Assembly (NCBI GenBank): GCA_043822705.1
Contig: JBDRBK010000043.1
Span: 1-10,217, forward strand
From: Fidelibacterota bacterium
GTDB lineage: Bacteria > Fidelibacterota > Marinisomatia > Marinisomatales > TCS56
Direction of reading: 5' to 3'
DNA length: 10,217 nt
A program made the translations under genes and the position numbers. Each line of letters opens with the position of its first letter. Within the stretch, counting starts at the first letter, position 1. Below the pieces are notes generated by a model. The model did no database searches and was not told where the DNA came from. It worked only from the letters and a program-made list of their open reading frames with translations. Below, one piece after another: positions 1 through 5,483 of the stretch.

Positions 1-780
1 GTGCTCGATAAAATCAACGCCAGCGAACTGGCGCAAACACTGATCGAAGACACCGGATTTATAAAATATTACAAGTCGCAGGGCACGGCCGAGGACTTGG
101 AACGGGTCGAAAACGTGAAGGAATTATTGAAAGGGATCGATACTTTCACGATTCAGAACCCACAGGCCGGTCTACGGCAATTCCTCGAGGAAGTATCGCT
201 GCTTACCGATATCGATACCTGGAAAGAGCAAGCCAATCGCATTACCCTGATGACGGTTCACGCCTCGAAGGGACTGGAATTTCCGGTGGTTTTTATCACC
301 GGTCTTGAAGACGGTTTGTTTCCCCATTTTAATTCAATCGGTGACGCCCGCAAGCTGGAAGAGGAACGACGCCTGCTTTATGTGGCGATCACGCGGGCGA
401 TGGAACGGGTCTATCTGATGTACGCCAATAACCGCCGCCGGATGGGATCGGATGTGCTCTACGGTCTGATTTCCCGCTTCATCCATGAAATCCCGGAAAA
501 ATACCTCGAGAGAATACCCTACTCCTCGGCCATGACCCGGAAAGTAGTGGTGAACAATTATGGCAGTACGATGACCGAAGTTAAACGGATCGTGACCGTG
601 TTCGATGATTTCAAGGTGGGCGATTTTATCGAACATGCCATTTTTGGTATCGGGCAAATCAAGGCGCTGAGCGGCAGCGGGGAGAACCAGCGGGTCGGCA
701 TCGTCTTCAAGGATGGTCAGAAACGTAAATTAGTCGTCAAATACGCCAAATTGAAAAAGGTGGATAATCCCAACGGCTGA
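1..780 (+). CDS. pcrA: PcrA/UvrD-family superfamily-1 DNA helicase, C-terminal part (5' end lies outside the window)
   Basis: Motif V ITLMTVHASKGLEFPVVFITGLEDGLFPH, motif VI EEERRLLYVAITRAMERVYL, and a C-terminal Tudor-like domain FKVGDFIEHAIFGIGQI. The N-terminal ATPase motifs are absent, so the GTG at position 1 is not the true start. Confidence 0.95.
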   Translation: MLDKINASELAQTLIEDTGFIKYYKSQGTAEDLERVENVKELLKGIDTFTIQNPQAGLRQFLEEVSLLTDIDTWKEQANRITLMTVHASKGLEFPVVFITGLEDGLFPHFNSIGDARKLEEERRLLYVAITRAMERVYLMYANNRRRMGSDVLYGLISRFIHEIPEKYLERIPYSSAMTRKVVVNNYGSTMTEVKRIVTVFDDFKVGDFIEHAIFGIGQIKALSGSGENQRVGIVFKDGQKRKLVVKYAKLKKVDNPNG

Positions 781-822
781 AAACACAGCGCCGGTCAGTC
801 GGGATAATCGAAGATTTTTGTT

Positions 823-852
823 TTGTTTAAGTGGTCTGGTGAATTGTAAATT
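823..852 (+). promoter_or_regulatory. Candidate housekeeping promoter for fur
   Basis: TTGTTT (823-828), 18-bp spacer, TAAATT (847-852) in the AT-rich intergenic region. The implied start site falls inside the Fur-box-like palindrome. Confidence 0.35.
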
Positions 853-854
853 AT

Positions 855-871
855 TTGAGATTCAATATCAA
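855..871. promoter_or_regulatory. Fur-box-like operator (probable fur autoregulation)
   Basis: TTGAGATT-C-AATATCAA is an 8-1-8 inverted repeat with one mismatched pair. It resembles the 7-1-7 Fur core TGATAAT-n-ATTATCA and ends 13 bp before the fur ATG. Confidence 0.65.
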
Positions 872-884
872 TAATGGAACACAA

Positions 885-1331
885 ATGAAACGTACCGCCA
901 TCGATCTGAAGGCCATTATCCGGCAGGAAGGCTTACGCTATACCAGTCAGCGCGAAGCAGTCTGGCAGGAACTGCTGTCGACCGACAATCACCGTGACGC
1001 CGAAAATATCTATTTTAAATTGCGTGAGCACGGGCTCAATGTATCACGGGCTACGGTATATCGCACGATCGAGATCCTGGTCAAGCACAACCTGATCAGA
1101 AAACTGGATCTGGGTGATGGCAAGAGTCGCTACGAACATCACCAGGATCAGGTCCATCACGACCATCTGATCTGCACCGAATGCGGCCGGATCGTGGAAT
1201 TTGTCAATGAACCTGTCGAAAAATTACAGCAGGAAATCGCCGCCGAGTTCAATTTCGAATTAAGCGATCATATTCATCAACTGTTCGGCGTCTGTTCCAA
1301 CTGCAGCAGTAACGGTAATCCTGCTGGATAG
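885..1331 (+). CDS. fur: Fur-family metalloregulator (148 aa), probably iron-sensing Fur
   Basis: wHTH SRATVYRTIEIL, His-rich metal site YEHHQDQVHHDHLICTECG, second CxxC (CSNC). ATG 885, with GGA 6 nt upstream, is preferred over TTG 855. Confidence 0.92.
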   Translation: MKRTAIDLKAIIRQEGLRYTSQREAVWQELLSTDNHRDAENIYFKLREHGLNVSRATVYRTIEILVKHNLIRKLDLGDGKSRYEHHQDQVHHDHLICTECGRIVEFVNEPVEKLQQEIAAEFNFELSDHIHQLFGVCSNCSSNGNPAG

Positions 1332-1334
1332 ACC

Positions 1335-1472
1335 ATGGATTGGCAGATGATCGTATGTCTGGCGACGGTGGCGGTGGCGACAGCACTGCTGATTCGTCAA
1401 ATTGTCCGACAAGTTGCGCCGCCGGCTGCCGGCGGTTGCGAAGGCTGCGGGGGCGGTTGCCCGCGGAACTGA
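1335..1472 (+). CDS. Small Cys-rich membrane peptide (45 aa), FeoB-associated Cys-rich membrane protein-like; not in the ORF track
   Basis: Hand translation: MDWQMIVCLATVAVATALLIRQIVRQVAPPAAGGCEGCGGGCPRN*. One hydrophobic helix, a basic stretch, then GGCxGCGGGC. Starts 3 nt after the fur stop codon. Confidence 0.8.
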   Translation: MDWQMIVCLATVAVATALLIRQIVRQVAPPAAGGCEGCGGGCPRN

Positions 1473-1503
1473 CCGGCGGTTTGTCGGCACAGCATTCAAT
1501 ATA

Positions 1504-1974
1504 CTACAGTATTTTCTCCATCGCCACCCGTTCGTTACTGGTATCAGCTGTTATCATATAACCAAGCGCCTCATATAAACTAATCGCCAGTTCATTACCG
1601 GGCCTGACAAATAACGTGACTTTTTCGCAATCGCGTTCGCGGGCGATTGCTTCCATAGCCCCGATCAAGTGTTTGCCGTGCCCTTCGCCGCGACGCCGCG
1701 AATCGACAATCAGGTGAAAAATATGAGCGCGGCGCTGATCCACATGAAAGCGCAGGCTGATATGAGCAACGATCCAGTCGGCGTCGCTGAGCACGTAGCT
1801 GACGGTGGTCGTCAGGGCGTACATTTTCAGCCATTGGTCAAAATTAAACGGATAGCGCATCCGCGGCGAAGTCAGATTCAAATCCTTGGGATTGCGGAAC
1901 CATTCCGACAAGCAGGATTTGAGCACGCGCAACTGTTTGGGATTATTATAATCGACTGGTTTTATTTCAATCAT
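1504..1974 (-). CDS. GNAT-family N-acetyltransferase (156 aa)
   Basis: Acetyl-CoA motif A HLIVDSRRRGEGHGKHLI and motif B NELAISLYEALGY. Confidence 0.9.
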   Translation of the reverse strand: MIEIKPVDYNNPKQLRVLKSCLSEWFRNPKDLNLTSPRMRYPFNFDQWLKMYALTTTVSYVLSDADWIVAHISLRFHVDQRRAHIFHLIVDSRRRGEGHGKHLIGAMEAIARERDCEKVTLFVRPGNELAISLYEALGYMITADTSNERVAMEKIL

Positions 1975-1979
1975 GACGG

Positions 1980-2011
1980 CAAAGTTACATCAGCGATTTT
2001 TATCGAATCAA
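1980..2011 (-). promoter_or_regulatory. Candidate promoter for the GNAT gene (near-leaderless transcript)
   Basis: Minus strand reads TTGATT (2011-2006), 18 nt, TAACTTTG (1987-1980), ccgtc, ATG. TAACTTTG also fits the Bacteroidota TAnnTTTG element. No SD sequence is present. Confidence 0.4.
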
Positions 2012-2045
2012 CCGGGCGGATTTTAACGGAAAATCGGGGAGTTAC

Positions 2046-2059
2046 TTGACATTGGTCAA
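2046..2059. promoter_or_regulatory. Perfect 5-4-5 palindrome TTGAC-ATTG-GTCAA (CRP/FNR-family-like box) overlapping a consensus -35 TTGACA
   Basis: Read directly in the divergent GNAT/yhaM intergenic region. Same geometry as the FNR consensus TTGAT-N4-ATCAA. Confidence 0.4.
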
Positions 2060-2082
2060 AGTTGTTGGAAAATTCAGCCCGC

Positions 2083-3057
2083 ATGAAAGCGATAACTCCG
2101 ATCGATAAGTTTATTGAAGGGGCGGAAATCCAGGGGTTTTACTTGTGCGTGGAAAAGCATCTGCGCCACACCCGCAGCGGCGATCTGTACCTGGACCTGG
2201 TCCTGCGCGACCGCACCGGCGCAGTCGCAGCCAAAGTCTGGGACAAGGTTGCCGAACTGAATGATAAATTCAGCGCGGCCCAGCCGGTGGCGGTTTCTGG
2301 ACTGGTGGAACGCTTCCAGGACCGGATTCAACTGGTCGTCAAAAAAATCAATCACGCCACGATTCAGCATTATGCGCGCTATGGTTATGATCCGGCCCTG
2401 ATCGTACCGGCCGCCGCCCGGGATCCGCAGGAGATGTGGACCGACCTGGTGGAATTGATCCGTGGCATCGGCAACCAGCAATTACGCAAGCTAGTTTCCA
2501 AACTCTACCGCGAGAACAAGGAGCGGCTGCTGATTTTACCGGCATCGATGACGATCCACCACGATTACCGTTCGGGCTATCTCGAGCATGTACTGTCGAT
2601 GGCCCGGATCGGTGAATACATCGCTTGCCACTATCAGGCCGATCGCGACCTGCTGCTGACCGGCGTCCTGTTGCACGACATCGGCAAACTGCGCGAGCTG
2701 AGCGGCGAATTTGACAACCGCTACACCGACGAAGGCAATTTTATCGGTCATATCGTCATCGGCTGTGAAATCGTCCGCGAAGCGATGGCTGCTATCGGCG
2801 GATTCGACGATGAACTCAGCTGGAAAATCCAGCATCTGATCCTGGCGCACCAGGGCGCCTACGAGTGGGGCAGTCCCAAGAAGCCGGCCTTCAAGGAGGC
2901 GCTGCTGCTGCATCTGATCGACAATCTTGATGCCAAGACCAATCTGATGGACAAACTCTTGGCCGATAACCAGAATGATGGCAATTGGACCGACCTGCGC
3001 AACTATTTCCGGACGGCATTATATCGAGGGCAGGATGAGTCTGACCAAACTGGTTAA
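2083..3057 (+). CDS. yhaM: YhaM/Cbf1-family 3'-5' exoribonuclease (OB fold plus HD domain, 324 aa)
   Basis: N-terminal OB fold (GDLYLDLVLRDRTGAVAAKVWD) and HD-domain motifs PASMTIHHDYRSGYLEHVLSM, GVLLHDIGK, GHIVIG, HLILAHQGAYEWGSPKKP, EALLLHLIDNLDAK. ATG 2083 is preferred over TTG 2062. Confidence 0.9.
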   Translation: MKAITPIDKFIEGAEIQGFYLCVEKHLRHTRSGDLYLDLVLRDRTGAVAAKVWDKVAELNDKFSAAQPVAVSGLVERFQDRIQLVVKKINHATIQHYARYGYDPALIVPAAARDPQEMWTDLVELIRGIGNQQLRKLVSKLYRENKERLLILPASMTIHHDYRSGYLEHVLSMARIGEYIACHYQADRDLLLTGVLLHDIGKLRELSGEFDNRYTDEGNFIGHIVIGCEIVREAMAAIGGFDDELSWKIQHLILAHQGAYEWGSPKKPAFKEALLLHLIDNLDAKTNLMDKLLADNQNDGNWTDLRNYFRTALYRGQDESDQTG

Positions 3058-3574
3058 GGCATCGATTTTTACCGCCCTGGCGATCGGTGCCGGTTATGCC
3101 CTGCTGTTAGTGCCCAACGTTGAACTGGTAATGGCGATCGTCTTCGCCGCCGGCTTGTGGCTGGGGGCGGGGTGGGGCCTGCTGGTCGGAATGACAGCCG
3201 AGTTCATCTTTTCGGTGATGCACCCGCTGGGATCGGGCCTGGCGGTGCCGCCCCTGCTGCTGGCCCAGGTCGTTTCCGTCGGTTTGACCGGCCTGACCGG
3301 TGGATTGTTGCGTACCTGGCTGTTGTACCCGTCGGGAACCCGCTTCAGGAATATCGCCCTGGGATTGATCGGTCTGGTGCTCACCTTTATTTACGATTCA
3401 TTGACGACACTCAGTTTTCCGCTGGCGGCTGGCTTTGACTGGCCACAAACTGTGGCGATTTATCTTTCCGGTCTGGGTTTCACGGTACTGCACCAGGTTT
3501 CCAACACTATAATCTTCAGTCTGGGTATACCGCGGATCATCAGCCAGTATCAGAGCCAGGAACCGGCCACCTGA
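3035..3574 (+). CDS. ECF-transporter S component-like integral membrane protein (179 aa)
   Basis: Several hydrophobic helices. Helix 1 ASIFTALAIG has AxxxxA-like small residues, followed by PNVE-L and AGLWLGAGWGLLVG, and a C-terminal HQVSN. ATG 3035 overlaps the yhaM 3' end by 23 nt; the extension back to 2975 is unlikely. Confidence 0.75.
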   Translation: MSLTKLVKASIFTALAIGAGYALLLVPNVELVMAIVFAAGLWLGAGWGLLVGMTAEFIFSVMHPLGSGLAVPPLLLAQVVSVGLTGLTGGLLRTWLLYPSGTRFRNIALGLIGLVLTFIYDSLTTLSFPLAAGFDWPQTVAIYLSGLGFTVLHQVSNTIIFSLGIPRIISQYQSQEPAT

Positions 3575-3599
3575 CAGGTGGGCTAATTTAGTCGTTCTG

Positions 3600-5261
3600 A
3601 TGCACAAAATTGATTCCATCCTGTCCGGACTAATATTCCTGTGGGCGTTTGTTCTGGCCCAGCCGCTGCACGAATTACCGTTCGATTTTTCCGGTCAATA
3701 TGGTATTGCCAGTGTCAACGGCCGGGCACTCTGGTCGACAATCTGGTCTTCGGGACTGCTGCTGTTTGACGGCAGTGTCGTCGTCAATCCCCGGCGATTG
3801 GGACCAGCGACCAGCCAGCGCTTTGCGCTATTTTCCAGTGGTGGTCTGCCACAGATGCCGACCGGCACCGACAGCGCCGGCGTTACCAGCAAAGTGGAAT
3901 ATGACCGGGGCGACTGGGGCCTCAATCGACTGGATCTCAGTCTGCGATTTTCCGATACCAACAGCAGCCTGGATCTGAACGGATTCAAAAGAAGTTACCT
4001 GGGACCGTATGGGGAATTCATTCAACCGGGTGGCATTATCGGTCCGATCCAGCAGTCCTACCGTCTGGATTACGGCAGTGGTACCGTAGAAACCGGCCGG
4101 CGGGCTTTTTCCCTGGCCCATTATTTTACCGATTCCGGTCTCAGCGACACGCTCTCCAGCGGGCAGCACCGGGAATTGCTGACCAGCGGCGGACTGTTTC
4201 TGGAGGTGCCGCAGGGCAACTGGAGCTGGCAGGTTCACACCGGGCAGACTCTCGATCACCGGGTGGTTAAAAATCCCACCGGTACCGCAACCTTTGTCCG
4301 GAAACTCAACCAGGGATTTTTCCATTCACAGGTGGAGCTACCGCGCACAACTGTCGGCAATATCTTTTTTGGACTGGAAACCGATCGAACTACCTTGCCT
4401 GATGTGGGTAATTATCGCCATAACCTGTTCGCCGGAATTCGCTCGGACAGACTGGATCTGCGGGCAGGAATAGCCAATATCGGATCGGTCACGGGCTTCG
4501 ACGGGCGGATCAAACTGTCCCGGGAATTTGGTCCCTGGCAGGGTAATCTGGAACTGCTGTCGGAAATTCGGCCGGTTGCTACCAGCCTGCTCGGTTATCT
4601 GACCCGGCGCGCCGAAAACTGGCAGGGTGGCAGCGCCGCGGTCCAATACCGGTCCAGTGCGTTGGACATAACCGCCGCCAGCGGAATCGAACACTCGGGT
4701 GGACATAACAGTTTATTCTGGAGCAGCGTCAGCGATACGCTGTTGCCGGACCGGCAGCCGGCCCACAGTTGGTTCCAGCGGACGGCCGTGCGCTACCGGC
4801 CCGCCCGCGACTGGGAGTTTTTTACGGAATACCAGCATACGGATAATTCCCACGCGACTCTGGGTGACGGCATCGCCGATCGTCTGCGTTTCGGTTTCCA
4901 GGGAACCTTGCCGCCGTTGTTCAAAGGTCAATTGAAATTGACCGCCCGGGTGGACGCCGAAGGCTGGCTCAACCGGAATCCGAATCTGTATTATGATCCG
5001 TTTCGTGATATTGTCTATCATGCCCCGACACCAGCTGCGGTTCCTCAGGATGCCTGGCCGGTGTCCCTGCAGGTGCACGCAGTCGTTTCCAGTGTACGAA
5101 TCACCTATCAGGTATACAACCTGAGCCACGCCCTGGCCCCGGTACTGCGGAATATAATTCCGGACCTGAACTCGGAGGACTTGCTGATCGCCACCAATTC
5201 CCCTTTCCGGCCGCTATACAGCCTGATACAGTTCCGGGTCGAGTGGACTTTCAGCGACTGA
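3600..5261 (+). CDS. Outer-membrane beta-barrel protein (553 aa), putative-porin / degenerate TonB-dependent-receptor-like
   Basis: Signal peptide (...FLWAFVLA-QP), many alternating amphipathic strands, and a C-terminal beta-signal-like IQFRVEWTFSD. The N-terminal FSGQYGIASVNG...LLLFDG resembles a reduced plug. Confidence 0.7.
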   Translation: MHKIDSILSGLIFLWAFVLAQPLHELPFDFSGQYGIASVNGRALWSTIWSSGLLLFDGSVVVNPRRLGPATSQRFALFSSGGLPQMPTGTDSAGVTSKVEYDRGDWGLNRLDLSLRFSDTNSSLDLNGFKRSYLGPYGEFIQPGGIIGPIQQSYRLDYGSGTVETGRRAFSLAHYFTDSGLSDTLSSGQHRELLTSGGLFLEVPQGNWSWQVHTGQTLDHRVVKNPTGTATFVRKLNQGFFHSQVELPRTTVGNIFFGLETDRTTLPDVGNYRHNLFAGIRSDRLDLRAGIANIGSVTGFDGRIKLSREFGPWQGNLELLSEIRPVATSLLGYLTRRAENWQGGSAAVQYRSSALDITAASGIEHSGGHNSLFWSSVSDTLLPDRQPAHSWFQRTAVRYRPARDWEFFTEYQHTDNSHATLGDGIADRLRFGFQGTLPPLFKGQLKLTARVDAEGWLNRNPNLYYDPFRDIVYHAPTPAAVPQDAWPVSLQVHAVVSSVRITYQVYNLSHALAPVLRNIIPDLNSEDLLIATNSPFRPLYSLIQFRVEWTFSD

Positions 5262-5363
5262 CAGTATCATAAATAACCGGCAACCGACCGTCCCCGTTAT
5301 CGGATATGCTAATTTTTCAATTGGTAGCGTAAATTATATTTTTGTTTAGTACACCGCCGGAAA

Positions 5364-5391
5364 TTGATAAATATCACATGGCGTGTAAAAT
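5364..5391 (+). promoter_or_regulatory. Candidate promoter for the lipoprotein/barrel operon with an overlapping FNR-like box
   Basis: TTGATA (5364-5369), 16 bp, TAAAAT (5386-5391). 5364-5377 reads TTGAT-AAAT-ATCAC, a 9/10 match to TTGAT-N4-ATCAA. Confidence 0.4.
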
Positions 5392-5483
5392 GGCTGACTT
5401 AATTTCCGCCCAGTTTTGACTTCTCCGATTAGGCTTTTTTACTGATCCGGGATCATTTTAATACTAATAAATGGAAGATAAAT

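Noticed and set aside
855..884. TTG start for fur given in the ORF track
   Set aside because: It lies inside the operator/promoter palindrome. ATG 885 gives a normal Fur length and has a purine-rich upstream element.
1473..1503. Possible terminator between the convergent genes (CCGGC-GGTTT-GTCGG)
   Set aside because: Only a 5-bp stem with a G-U pair and no U tract on either strand.
1340..1561. 73-aa plus-strand ORF and the 79-aa minus-strand ORF 1260-1499
   Set aside because: Both are alternative-frame shadows of the 1335-1472 peptide, overlap fur or the GNAT gene, and have no recognisable features.
1994..2036. CGATTTT...AAAATCG inverted repeat
   Set aside because: Short, AT-rich arms with a long spacer; expected by chance.
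2975..3034. N-terminal extension of the ECF S component, and a possible vitamin riboswitch upstream of it
   Set aside because: The region is yhaM coding sequence, leaving no room for a leader, and no cobalamin or TPP riboswitch motifs were recognised here or in the other intergenic regions.
5262..5363. ncRNA or intrinsic terminator after the 553-aa barrel gene
   Set aside because: No strong hairpin with a U tract and no recognisable RNA family; it reads as AT-rich promoter DNA.
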